A stretch of 64,000 nucleotides of DNA, taken from assembly GCA_964016885.1 (NCBI GenBank), contig OZ024755.1, positions 744,001 through 808,000 of the forward strand, read 5' to 3'. The notes under the pieces are model-generated. The model made no database searches, was not told the DNA's origin, and saw only the letters and a program-made list of their open reading frames with translations. Position numbers and translations under genes: made by a program. Positions 1 to 12,029 of the stretch are shown here, piece by piece (the stretch's first letter is position 1; each line of letters starts with the position of its first letter). The DNA comes from Eledone cirrhosa. Taxonomy: Eukaryota.

Positions 1-892
1 ATTATTTTTGTTCTGTGGAGATACATTGTCAGCCATTTGTTTAAATTTATGCACAAAGCTAATGTAGCGCATCAATTTACCTGTCCATATGACAGTTGCT
101 AACATCATAAAAGCATAAAATGCAATGACAAAATATGCATAAATCTTAGCAGATAAGAGGCAAATATAAATATATTTCCTGAGTTAACTCATTAATTATC
201 TTTCAGAAAGAACCGAATGTAAGTTTCTTTAGATATATCTTCAAATATATATGACACAGATAAATGAATATCGATGTTTTCACTTATGTAAGACTGTAAC
301 GAGATAGTTCTGGTTGTAAAACCAAGAAAAATGGGATTTTATCTAGTAACCAGATTGTAACCTACAATTCTGGATTTTAAATCCTACCTGATTTGAATTG
401 CATATTTCTGACAACAAGGAAAAAAATACAAAATTCACAACAAGACATGAGGTGCAGTCTTGAATATGCAGTGATGCACTAACTACAGGTAATGATTGTA
501 AGAATGTTTGGTTATTCCAGTGCCTTAGCCTCATTATTGCCCACAACAATGCTATGAGTGTGTTGGTTTGCCTCAAAAGACATGTGTATGGTGTGTGATG
601 CTGCATGGTAATGAAACATTGGGAAAAAGGAAAGAAGTCAGTTATGAGATTGGACCAAGGAAACTATGTTTAGTTTGGTCTTTCCATAACTAATTCTATC
701 TGCTGGTTGCAACTCCTGGTAGAAGAGCTACTGCTTTTCCAGTGACAAGAAGTAGGAACCAGAACAGATACGGCAGCTTTTCCAGTGACAGGAGGTAGGA
801 AACAGTATTGATACAGTAAAGTATCCATCTAATACTTTACCAATTCTGCCAATCCATCATCCATAAACTAGAATTTCATTTATCAACCCCAA

Positions 893-1000
893 AATGAAAT
901 GAAGTGTTTTGCTCAAGAACACAACACACAACCCAGTCCAGGAATCAAACCCACGACTTTATGATCATAAGTCCAACACCCTTACCACTAAGCCATGCAT
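893..1000 (-). mobile_element. tRNA-derived SINE with CORE-like body (family 2), partial
   Basis: Reverse complement shows A box TGGCTTAGTGG, B box GGTTTGATTCC, then TGTGTTCTTGAGCAAAACACTTCATTTCA. Related copies at 30945-31015(+), 41712-41855(+), 44795-44915(-). Confidence 0.8.
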
Positions 1001-1464
1001 GCACCACCACAGAATAAAGTTAAGAAAGCTGCTATTTTTGTCCCTCTCTAGATGTTCATGTGCAGTGTATGGTGCATGATGTTGCACAGTAATGAAATAT
1101 TGGCATTTACTGCAGAAGATAGAGAAAAATGACTTGGGCATGATTCTGTGAATGTTTAATGTCAAGTTATATAGAAAACCTGTGTAGAAAGAGAGCAACT
1201 AGATATTAAGTGCAGCGTGCAGTGTGCAGCAATTGATGAGTGCAGAAGGGATAACTGCGCTGACAGAAGAAATGACTTTAATGTTAATGGATAAAAATGA
1301 CAGGTAAAAAAGTACTGACAAAAGAAAATAATTGTGTTAGCTGATGATAGAGGAAGGTAGGTGGTGGTGATGTTTATGATGATGATGAACATCATGGTGA
1401 TGATAATGATGAGGAGGAGGAGGATGCTGATAATTATGATATATTTTTAGTTAGTAAATCTCTA

Positions 1465-1588
1465 GCCAACACAAGAGCAAGAATGAAGTGTTCATTCTAC
1501 TGACATGGCTTAAAAAATGAGGCTTGTTTGCATAATTGCAAACGAATCGAATGTTATTATTAATATTTGAAAAACTCAGATTACATTT
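1465..1588 (-). repeat. Partial copy (one arm plus loop) of the fold-back element at 19013-19241
   Basis: Closely matches the reverse complement of ~19015-19138. Confidence 0.85.
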
Positions 1589-2094
1589 TTTAAAAATTAT
1601 TTTTCTCCCTATTTTTAGTTAATGAATCTCTATTTTTCTCCCTATTTAATCTTTGAATGTTTCAATTAACTTTAATAGATTTTGTAAAAAGAAACAAAAT
1701 GGAGTCTTTAAATGTAAACTGGAAAACAATATAAACTTGTTCTTCTGTGTCTCATTATTTCTTCTGTTGTAGTTCCTAGCTGAAAAATTGGTAGATAGAT
1801 AGCAACAACCAGGACTGTATATATATATATTATATATTATATGTTATATATATATATATTGAGAGAAAGAGAGAGAGAGATAGAGAGAGAGAGAGAAAGA
1901 GCGAGGGAGAGAGAGAGAGAGAAAGAGCGAGGGAGAGAGAGAGATGTGTGTGGATGTTTAAACAGTGAATTGTGAATCTCATCAGTTGTCTATTGTTTCA
2001 AGCAAACAATAGTTTGTTCCACTTTGAAGCGCAACAATTCACTGACAGATTCTTTTATTCCATCAAGTGGGAACTTCAAAGGTTTATTATGGAG

Positions 2095-2143
<49 letters not shown>

Positions 2144-2464
2144 TCCTACCTTTTTCACTGGTTGTCATCTTAAATAATAAATAATGACTGATGTCATTGA
2201 CAACGGCAAAATTGATGACAATGATGAAAGAAAGGAAGGAAGAAAGATATAAAGAAAATAAAGCCCCCACCACCACCACCAAAAAAAAAAAGGAAGAAAA
2301 CAGACGATATATAAATTTCCTAAGGGTGACAGAGGTGGGGGAGGAGGAGGTGTGGAACTAAAATCCCCTTATTTTTGGTTTTATTTTGTGTGTAAAAAAA
2401 TACAAATAAATATAGAAATTATTTTGTGATGGAAATGTTGCGCGTTCTCTCCAATAATGTCCGA

Positions 2465-2890
2465 ACACCCTCCCCCTCCTCATCATCACCCTCCTCCTCA
2501 TCATCATCGCCCTCCTCCTCCTCCTCATCATCATCATTATCCTCATCATTCTCGTTATCATCATTATTAACCTCTTTATTGTTGTAATCATCCCTTTCAT
2601 CATCATCATCATTATCATCACCATTATTTTCATCATCATCATCATCAATATCATCATCATCAGTGACATCATCATCATCAATATCATAATCATCAACATC
2701 AACATCATCATCACTCCCCACCACATACCCCCTCCCACTCATCTTTATCCTCAACACCATCATCATCATCATCAATATCATCATCATCATCATCAATATC
2801 ATCATCATCATTACCATCAACATCAGCGTCATCATCATCATCATCACTCCCCTCCACATACCCCCTCCAACCATCACCATTATCATTATT
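2465..2890. repeat. (CAT)n/(CCT)n compound microsatellite
   Basis: Direct reading; source of the poly-M and poly-D/E ORFs. Confidence 0.95.
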
Positions 2891-3110
2891 TTCCAGCCCC
2901 TTTTTCTATAATTTATAGCCCTGTTTATAACACCCCTAATTTATCAGTTATATCTCTGTCCTTTGATAATCCTTTTTAGGGTCTTTCATAACATATCCGT
3001 GACACAAAGGACCCTAAAATTGATAATCAAAGAGCAGAGATAACTGATAAAAACGAGCGATATTATGTATCCATGTATGGACCCATTACTTCTGATAGAG
3101 TGAAAGAATG

Positions 3111-3241
3111 TGGTGCCCTAGTGCTCCAGCATGGCCAGAGTCTAATGACGGAAATATAGCAAAAGAACAAAAGACTGTGGTACCCCATTGCCCCAGCATG
3201 GCCACAGTCTAATGACTGAAACCAGTAAAAGAACAAAAGAC
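3111..3241 (+). repeat. Tandem pair (~66 bp) of a SINE-like 3' tail
   Basis: CCAGCATGGCC...GTCTAATGAC.GAAA...AAAAGAACAAAAGAC occurs twice; similar tail near 41090-41137. Confidence 0.7.
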
Positions 3242-3676
3242 AGAAAGAGTACCTAGACTGTTCAACAACTTCAGTTCGTCTGGCAAATGTTTGTGTTTGT
3301 TGTCTACATTCATTTATCAATTAAAACCATTTCTGATGCAAAGACTGAATAATTTTTACAGTTCTTTATTTTTGCAGATGGTTCTAGATTTCCTGCAGGC
3401 ATAGTCTTGTATTAAGACTTTTAGGACCTGAATTACTGGTGACAATTAATGTTGTTAATGTTGTTGTTGTCATTGATATTGTTATTGTTGTTGCTGTCAT
3501 TGTTGTTATTGTTGTTGCTGTCATTGTTGTTATTGTTGTCATAGTCGCTCTTATTGTTGTCATTGTTATTGTTGTCATAGTCGCTGTTGTTGTTTGAGCC
3601 CTTGGTCAGTCATGACAGATGAGCTGAACTATGATCAAAGATGTTCCAGCAGTGAAATTTCATTTTTATTATTTAA

Positions 3677-3886
3677 GGGCGGTGGATTGGCAGTATCGGT
3701 AGAGGGTCGGACGCCATGCTTTCTAGCATAGTTACGTCCCTTTACAGTCTGAGTTCACATCCCGCCGAGGTTAACTTTGCCTTTCATCCTTACGGGGTCA
3801 ATAAAATAAAGTACCAGTAATGCACTGGGTAATTCTACCTTTAAATTAATTGTTTTTACTTTTGGCACAATTAATTTAAAGGTAGA
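3677..3886 (+). mobile_element. tRNA-derived SINE family 1 with inverted 3' tail
   Basis: A box TGGCAGTATCGG, B box GAGTTCACATCC, central ACTTTGCCTTTCATCCTTACGGGGTCAATAAAATAAAGTACCAG (resembles the Meta domain of MetaSINEs, from memory). The tail is present as its reverse complement. Confidence 0.85.
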
Positions 3887-4253
3887 TTTAGTTTGAGGAA
3901 AATTTAGCTGCTATTGCTAAATAAGCAGTGTTAGAAATGATTGTAGCATTAATTCTAATGTCCAGCCTTGCCCCATATTGTGTCACACTGATTCACTGCT
4001 GGAATTACACACAGTTAAAGTGCTGGATATTTATCCTGGGTCTCTGCATTCTAAGTTCAAATCCTTGCTAAGATCTACTTTGCCTTTCATCATTTTGAGA
4101 TCGATAAAGGAAAGTACCAACCTAGTACTGATGCAGCCCTTTCTCCTACTGGCTGCCACATACTTCATGTTCTGCTGCATCAAAGATATCTATCTATATA
4201 TCTATATATATATATCTATATATATATATCTATATATATATATATATATATAT

Positions 4254-4311
<58 letters not shown>

Positions 4312-4394
4312 ACGTACCAAAGTTTTGGTACCCTTGAAATATATATAATAGAATAAATATGGTTTTATAAATATAGTTTCCATTTATTTAATAT

Positions 4395-4438
<44 letters not shown>

Positions 4439-5049
4439 TCATCATCATCATCATCACCATTTTACATTAATTCTTCCATGCTAGCATGGGTTAGATGGGT
4501 TGTCCTGTTGTGGGCAATGTTAGGTCAGCTAACCTTGTCTTGCTCATACGGGAACTGATATATACACACATGCGTCATGACAGATATAAATAGATATTGA
4601 TACATAGGTTGTAAAGTTGGATTTTCATAATTTCAAAGTCAATAAAGGAAAGAACCAGCCTAGTACTGATGCAGCCTTCTCTCCTTCCAGCTGTCAGTCT
4701 TCATGTTCTGCTGCATCAAAGGAGAGAGATATATATACATAGATATATCATCATTATATATATATATAGATATAGATGTACCATGACATATATAAATAAA
4801 TATTGACACTTGAGTTGTAAAGTTGGTTTTACAAGAAGAGAGAATCAGTGAAACTATTTTTCAATGTCTTGTTTCCATATTTCACAGTTCCGACTTCAAA
4901 TTCTCCCAGAATTGATTTTGGATTGGATTAGAGTTCCCTTTCAACTTCCACAGAGTCTCTATATAATGTATATGGAATCAATGACTTTGGTTTATTCTTA
5001 TTATTGATATTGTTATTATTGATATGTTTTTATTATTTATATATATATA

Positions 5050-6010
5050 GATACTTTCCGTTACCTGGGTGACAAAATCAGTAGTGGTGGAGGGTGCTCT
5101 GAAAGTACAGTAGCCTGAGTCAGAACGGGATGGAAAAGGTTCAGAGAGCTTATACCGCTGTTGGCCACAAAAGGTTTCTCTCTAAAAATGAAAGGCAGAT
5201 TGTATGATGCCTGTATATGCACAGCAATGCTACATGGCAGTGAGACATGGGCATTACGTGCAGAGGACCTGCGTAGACTGGAAAGGAATGAAGCAGAAGC
5301 ATGCATGCTCCGTTGGATGTGTAATAGTAATATACGTGAACGGCAAAGCATAAATGAACTAAGTGAGAAATTAGGAATAAGAGGGATCAGATGCTGTTTA
5401 CTTGAGAGAAGACTACGTTGGTATGGTCACGTGATGCGCATGAAAGACGACAGCTGCATAAAAAAGTGCAGGGCAATCAAAATTGATGGTAGTTACGGAG
5501 TAGGTAGACCCAGAAAAACCTGGGATGATCTGATAAATTCCGACCTTACATACTTACATCTCTCTAAGACAATGTCTCTGGACCGAGATCTTTGGCACTA
5601 CGCAGTAATACAGAAGACCCGCCTTGCCTATGTACACAGCGAAACCTACAGTCAGTAGGCACCTCTTGACCAAATATACACCCCAATCCACTACCCCTAC
5701 CCTATCCTCCCACTCCCACCAACAGCACGAGAAAATGAGATCGAGATCGTGTAGGTGTCACGACAAAAAACACACACAGTCCACGCTGTAATGTGGCCGT
5801 GTAGGTAACACGGTAAAAAGTTCCTAGTTCCACACTGTAAATGTGGTTGGTGTTAGGAAGGGCATCCAGCCGTAGAAAACCTGCCAGATAGTCCTATATT
5901 GAGCGAGACACGGTCACCCAACTAGCCTTGCCTCAAGTGGGACAACTCCCATCTAACCCATGCTAGCGTGGAAGATAGACTTTAAACGAAGATGATGATG
6001 AGATGATGAT
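5050..6010 (+). mobile_element. 5'-truncated RTE-clade LINE (end of RT, C-terminus, 3' UTR, (GAT)n tail)
   Basis: Frame from 5056 reads FRYLGDKISSGGGCSESTVA*VRTGWKRFREL...MLHGSETW...RRLRWYGHVMR...GRPRKTW. One in-frame stop; ends in a GATGATGAT tail. Confidence 0.93.
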
Positions 6011-6424
6011 ATATATATATGAAGGTGATGCATTGGCAGTAATCAGCAGAGCATTTATGTTCTGAGTTCAAATCCTCTGAATTCTAACAACACTGTTCAG
6101 TATTTACATATTTTCTAAGTCACTGAGATATTTTTTACCTCCGCAGAAATATATTTCTATGTTCTATTCTTTAAAAATAATCCAGTGATAAATGTTTGTT
6201 TGAAAGAATGTTTTCGACTTGAAGGCAACAAGTTGGGATATTTGGTCAACGTGTTTTAGAGGTTATTGACAGCTACAAATTTGCTGTGTCAATGTTTCCT
6301 TAATATAAAAACATGCAAACGAACACAAAAGATGATGATATGTACTATCACTATGGAAACAGTTTGTGTGTAAACACCAAAGTTCCAACTGTTTAATTTA
6401 TACTATCTTATCAATATTACACCA

Positions 6425-6612
6425 GACCAGTAATTGGTAGAGTGTCGGACAACATGCTTTATGGCATAGGGTTGCATCCCTTTACGATCTGAGTTCAAAT
6501 CCTGCTGAGCTTAGCTTTGCCTTTCATCCTTACAGGGTCAATAAAATAACACACCAGTAATACACTGGTGTCAGCTTTATTTGCTGGCCTTGTACCAAAA
6601 GTAAAAACACGA
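6425..6612 (+). mobile_element. SINE family 1 copy
   Basis: Same head, GAGTTCAAATCC B box and TTTGCCTTTCATCC core as the 3677 copy. Confidence 0.85.
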
Positions 6613-7496
6613 TTAATTTACTTCTTTTACTGAATAAGATAATAAATAACTTTGATAAAATGAAATCCCAGACAAAAGCAGCTGCTGTCATTATTTCATA
6701 AATTACTACTAAAGTTTCATTTGGTTTCAGTTTTATTTATGAAATATAAAATAATTAAATAGTGAATAAATTGTTGTTATTATTGATTTTATAGGGGAAA
6801 TAAACATGGGATTTTAAATTATAAAGGAGAAATTTGAGATAAATTTGAAAATTTCTTTAATTTAGCATTTACAGTAGCATTGTCTTTTTTTTAACATCCT
6901 CATTGTTGTTGTCATTGTCATTGTTGTTGTCATCAATGTGGTCATTGTCGTCATCATCACCATCACCACCTGCTAAAAATAGCAGCCCAAATCTCTCATA
7001 TCTCACCTTGCTGTCTGAAATATGGGTAGGACACATTATATATATGTAACCCTTGATAAAAGTATGGTTGAATAGAAAGTTTGTTGTTGTTGTTGTTGGT
7101 GTTGGTCATGGCTAATAAATCTCCTGAGTCAGTGATGACCTGGAACTCAAGAACAGCAATTCACTGCCAACAATCCTAGAGATTCTTTATGCCATTGTCC
7201 AATGTTCTAATATCTTTGTATGATCTGTGTGACAATCTATTAATACATTATGTAAATGATAGAATTCATAAAACACCTTATTCTGTTATGATAATTATCT
7301 TGTGTTAGGGATTACAAAGGACCTTTTCATTTCTTCTCTCCTTTCAAACAATTTCTATCTCACCATTCTTTCAACTTCATTACTATTCCAGCAGCGAAAT
7401 GTTACCTTTTTTTCACTCTTTCATTTTTATTTTCTTCTAGTCCCTTTGATAACATTATATCAGATCTTTCTTTATCCATTCCTGTTGGCGCTACAT

Positions 7497-7531
<35 letters not shown>

Positions 7532-7543
7532 ATATATATATGC

Positions 7544-7581
<38 letters not shown>

Positions 7582-7585
<4 letters not shown>

Positions 7586-7722
7586 AAGTATGACCCCGGC
7601 GGCAGAGCTCAAGCCATTTCGACGGCTATTTCTGGAATAGCCGTCGAAACAGCTTGAGCTCTGCCGTCGGGGTCATACTTTTTCCTATTTCCCACTCTAC
7701 TACCCTAAGTATTGAGTACTCT
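7582..7722 (+). mobile_element. Penelope-like pLTR remnant forming a 103-nt hairpin with the 3' half of a hammerhead
   Basis: 49-bp arms 7582-7630 and 7636-7684. Right arm reads stem-GAAA-stem III-GUC-GGGGU. Same family as 35734-35885; abuts (TA)n. Confidence 0.6.
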
Positions 7723-7752
7723 GCCTTGTGCCAAAAGTAGAAACAATTATTT

Positions 7753-8148
7753 TTACGTAAGAGAGGATTTAGTGGCAGTTGGGTATGTTTTACGGTTTTC
7801 GGTAACGATCTGTAAAATAAACTGTTTCTCAGTTTCATCTTTTGTGAGAATGTTATTGTAATCCTGAATGAGTTTGACTCCTCTTTCTGCAACATCATTC
7901 ACAACAACTGTCTTCTCAAGTTTTCCAAGTCCACTTTTGTAACCAGGATCATCTTTCCATGCTGAAGGGTCTTGTCGAGGAAATCGGTACTGGTAGAAAA
8001 TCGTGTGAAGAAAGTTTTTGTACCAGGAGTTACAAAAGATGAAAACTTGATGTTTGTAAAGGAAGAAAAGTCATTTTGGTGCAGAATCTACCTCTTCAGT
8101 TCATTTTTTTGCTTCCAGCATAACTTGAGCAATATTTGCCTTAACCTT
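7753..8148 (-). pseudogene. C-terminal relic of a hATm-like (hAT superfamily) DNA transposase
   Basis: Minus strand reads ...FVTPGTKTFFTRFSTSTDFLDK/frameshift/DPSAWKDDPGYKSGLGKLEKTVVVNDVAERGVKLIQDYNNILTKDETEKQFILQIVTENRKTYP...stop. Family assigned from recognition of the VVNDxAERGVKL motif. Confidence 0.7.
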
Positions 8149-8335
8149 GCTCTCATTGTCCTCCTTGCTCTCCTTGCTCTTCTTGCTCTCCTTTTCTCAT
8201 TGTCCTCCTTGCTCTACTTGCTCTCTTTTTCTTATTGCTCTCCTTGCTCTCCTTTTCTCATTGCTCTCCTTTTACCTTTGCTCTCCTTTTCTCATTGCTC
8301 TCCTTGCTTTCCTTTTCCCATTGCTCTCCTTGTTC
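8148..8335. repeat. CT-rich minisatellite (9-bp subunit, ~24-bp period)
   Basis: Repeated CCTTGCTCT / CCTTTTCTCATTG. Confidence 0.9.
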
Positions 8336-8844
8336 CACTTAGAACTAGAGTTTCTTCACTCAATAAACATCACCTCTACACACCAAATGTCCGTAGCATC
8401 CACACATTTTTCCCTTGCACACTACATCTCATTTCTTTTATGTCTAGTTTTTTTTCCATCGGCTCATCTGTGCCTTGCCTTTCATGTTCTCTAGTATTAT
8501 ACATGATCTGAGTTCAAATCCCGCTGAGGTTAACTTTGCCTTTCATCCTTACGGGGTCGATAAAATAAAGTACCAGTAATGTACTGGGTAATTGCTGGCC
8601 TTGTGCCTAAAATAGAAACAATTATACATCCAGTGTCCAGTAGAGTATGGTCACCTCTTTTCTTTCTGAGTTACAAATCCATCCAGTGATTCTTTCCTGA
8701 GACATTCTAACCACATAGCCATAACATTGGGGCTGCAATCTCTCAATCTGGAGAAGTAGCAGCTCTACCTCTAGAAATAATAGTTTTTGTCAATACTTAT
8801 GATGTTATTGTAGAAACTGTTGTTTTTCTTCTTCTTGTCATTTT

Positions 8845-9120
8845 GACGATGATGATGATGATGATAATGATGACTGCTAATGTCACTGTTACAGTTGCTG
8901 CAGTTGCTGCAGTTGCTGCAGTTGCTGCTTCTGCTGGTTTTATTGCTCTTAATGGAATTATTTCTGTTTCAAACACAGCTTTAGGTGTTGTTGTTGATGT
9001 TGCTGTTGTTGATGTTGTTGATGTTGTTGCTGTTGTTGCTGATGTTGTTGTTGTTGTGGATGCTGGTGTTGTTGCTGATGTTGTTGTTGCTGATGTTGAT
9101 GTTGTTGTTTTGCTGTTGTT
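8845..9120. repeat. (GAT)/(GTT)/(GCT) trinucleotide microsatellites
   Basis: Direct reading; source of poly-Q/N/V ORFs. Confidence 0.95.
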
Positions 9121-9258
9121 CTTTTATTATTAAATTGCAAATCATTGTTATTAATATAAAACTTGTCCATATATGCTCACTCAAACTTAATGGTATCGAT
9201 GTTACCCCAAGCCCTTTTTTCACTAATATAATGGCTATTGCCTCCAACCACCATCAAC

Positions 9259-9337
<79 letters not shown>

Positions 9338-9417
9338 ATTGAATAGTTTTCAAAATGTTTTAAAATAAACATACAGTATATTATCAAATATACTATACGT
9401 ACATTCATATATATATG

Positions 9418-9875
9418 AAGACAATGTCACTGGACCGAGATCTTTGGTGCTACACAGTAATACAGAAGACCTGCCTTACCTAAGTACAAAGTGAAACCTA
9501 CTACATTCAGTAGGCACCTCTAACAAAAATACACCCCCGTCCCACTACCCTCACCCCATCCAAACTACCCCTTTCAATGTAAAGTTATGTTGGTACCACA
9601 ACATCCAGCCCAAAACAAATGAGGTCGTGTAGGTGTCACGACAAAAAAACACACAGTCCACGCTGTAATGTGGCCGTGTAGGTAACACGGTAAAAACCTC
9701 CCAGTCCACACTGTAAACGTGGTTGGTGTTAGGAAGGGCATCCAGTCGTAGAAAACCCGCCAGACAGTCCTATACGAGCGAGACAACCACTCATGCCTCG
9801 AGTGGGAAAACTCCCGTCCAAACCCATGCAAGCGTGGAATATGGATGTTAAACGATGATGATGATGATGATGATA
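9418..9875 (+). mobile_element. RTE LINE 3' end, same subfamily as 5050-6010
   Basis: Colinear with ~5566-6000, e.g. GTGTAGGTGTCACGACAAAAAAACACACAGTCCACGCTGTAATG, and ends in a (GAT)n tail. Confidence 0.9.
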
Positions 9876-9959
9876 ATGTATGTATAAGCAGGGAAAAGCG
9901 GACGTAAAATGATTATGATGATATATTCTACATAACCACGCCCCACCACCCCATATACC

Positions 9960-10131
9960 CTATTCCACTGCTCCTGCGTATCAACCACATATAAAACCTA
10001 CGTTGTTTATTAACCTGTTTGAGATCCCGCAGCATCACTTGTGTGCCCCATTCTGGGACATAGGATGGCATTTCTACACCCTCCTTCCCTGCACAATGAG
10101 CAAGGCCATTTCTCTGAAGGGATCTGGGCCT
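9960..10131 (-). pseudogene. RTE fragment encoding a Cys-rich PHD-like insert
   Basis: KWPCSLCREG..RNAILC..W.HK*CCGISNRLINNVGFICG*, with frameshifts and CpG-derived stops. Confidence 0.65.
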
Positions 10132-10132
10132 T

Positions 10133-10168
<36 letters not shown>

Positions 10169-10176
10169 TATATTAT

Positions 10177-10712
10177 GTACGTCTGTATACATATATGTAT
10201 GTACGTGTACATACTTATATTTAAGTAACAGCCGTATTAAGAATGAGAAATGAAATTTCGTTTCATTTTTTCTGTTTATCGTTTTCGGTGCACCCGGCCG
10301 ATTAACTCACTCGATATGCAAATTAGGCTGCTCAGCCGTTAATATGCATAAGGAAAGTATATACTTTCAGACGTTCAATCATCTGGCAGGAAGGTATACG
10401 GTGCTGACAATAGCTAATAAGCTTGAAACTAGTACATCATTCCTTTGTCAGTGTTGAACAAAAGGGCAACGATGGTTGCTAGACACTGTATGGCTTAATT
10501 CGGGATGTTTGTTTACAAACACACCAAGCATTATAATAAATGTTTGGTGAATCCATGCGTACATATATATATATATATGTGTGCATGTATGTATATATAT
10601 ACTACTGTACGTCTGTATACATATATGTATGTACGTCGTGTACATACTTATATTTAAGTAACAGCCGTACTAAGATTGGGAAATGAAATTTTGTTTCATT
10701 TTTTCCGTTTAT
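10177..10712 (+). mobile_element. Hammerhead-bearing element with ~100-bp terminal direct repeats (Penelope-like or retrozyme-like)
   Basis: Direct repeats 10177-10279 and 10607-10712 (period 430 bp), internal hammerhead motif, (TA)n on both sides. Confidence 0.7.
10400..10438 (+). ncRNA. Minimal type I hammerhead ribozyme, degenerate
   Basis: ggtg CTGACAA t agct-aata-agct t GAAA CTA GTA catc. Stem I ggtg/catc, palindromic stem III ACTAGT, core G8 changed to A. Confidence 0.65.
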
Positions 10713-10719
10713 ATATATA

Positions 10720-10785
<66 letters not shown>

Positions 10786-11058
10786 TAATGATGGTGGTGG
10801 TGGTGGTTGTGGTGATAGTGATAATAATGAAGATGAAGAATTAGATGATGATGGTGGTGGTGGTGGTGATTGATGATGACATTGATGATGGCGATGATGA
10901 TGATGATGATAAGGAGGAGGTGGAGGATATAGAGGAATATCAATGAGACACTCAAATATATTTAAAACTCTCCAATATCCATAAAACATCTTTAAGCAGT
11001 TAATCAACTGTAGAGCAACAAATTAGATCTGAGGGATGTAAACAGCAGATCAATACTA

Positions 11059-11124
<66 letters not shown>

Positions 11125-11140
11125 ATATATATATATACAC

Positions 11141-11200
<60 letters not shown>

Positions 11201-11685
11201 ATATATATATATATATTGGGAGAGAGAGAGAATGAGAGTTGAATGATGATGATGATTATATACATATATACATATGTAAACAGTATATATAAAGGATGTT
11301 GAATAATGACAATGTTTATATATACATATATGTTAATATACATCAAAATATCATTAAAATACAAAATTTGTTTATTCACTTGTAAATATAACCAAGCTCT
11401 ATTAGATAAATATGGAAACTCAAAGTCATTTTCATTTCTCTCCGTGATTTTTTTTATGTCTATCTCCATCAAAGAGATGTATGTATCTTAGTTGCTGTTG
11501 TCGTTGTTGCCATTGCTGTTGTCAAAGATTATGTAAATAAGAATGTGCAGATAGAAATGACATGGAGGATAATCATGTTTTTTACCAATAAAGACCTGAG
11601 AAACAAAATCACTGGATTAACTATGATGTATCTAAATATTAAATGGGTGGAAACATTTTCACCTTAAACATGTATTTAGCATAAG

Positions 11686-11840
11686 AAATTATTTCTGTAG
11701 CCATAAAAATTATTTCTTTAGCCTTAAAAATTATTTCTGTAGCCTTAAAAGTTATTTCTCTAACCCTAAAAATTATTTCTGTAGTCATAAAAATTATTTC
11801 TGTAGCCTTGAAAATTATTTCTGTAGCCTTGAAAATTATT
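11686..11840. repeat. 21-bp minisatellite, ~7 copies
   Basis: Unit AAATTATTTCTGTAGCCTTAA. Confidence 0.95.
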
Positions 11841-11869
11841 TTTATTATAATAATCATCATTATAATTAT

Positions 11870-12020
11870 TATGCTTTCCAGCATAGTTACGTCCCTTTAC
11901 AATCTGAGTTCAAATCCCGCCGAGGTTGACTTTGCCTTTCATCCTTATGGAGTCGATAAAACAAAGTACCAGTAATGCACTGGGTAATTGCTGGCCTTGT
12001 GCCTAAAGTAGAAACAATTA
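11870..12020 (+). mobile_element. SINE family 1, 5'-truncated
   Basis: B box, core and tail TTGTGCCTAAAGTAGAAACAATT; a similar partial copy is at 8503-8622. Confidence 0.85.
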
Positions 12021-12029
12021 TAATTATTA

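Noticed and set aside
2358-2886. Acidic D/E-rich or poly-Met protein (also poly-Q 8958-9170, poly-P/G 21256-21714, poly-T 63348-63611)
   Set aside because: Trinucleotide microsatellites, open in several frames, with no unique coding context.
3677-3770. tRNA genes at A/B-box sites throughout the window
   Set aside because: No cloverleaf; each continues into a SINE body.
5161-5658. Functional host gene
   Set aside because: Truncated RTE LINE with an upstream in-frame stop and no RT catalytic core.
7972-8511. 179-aa hydrophobic membrane protein ORF
   Set aside because: Antisense of the transposase relic plus a CT minisatellite.
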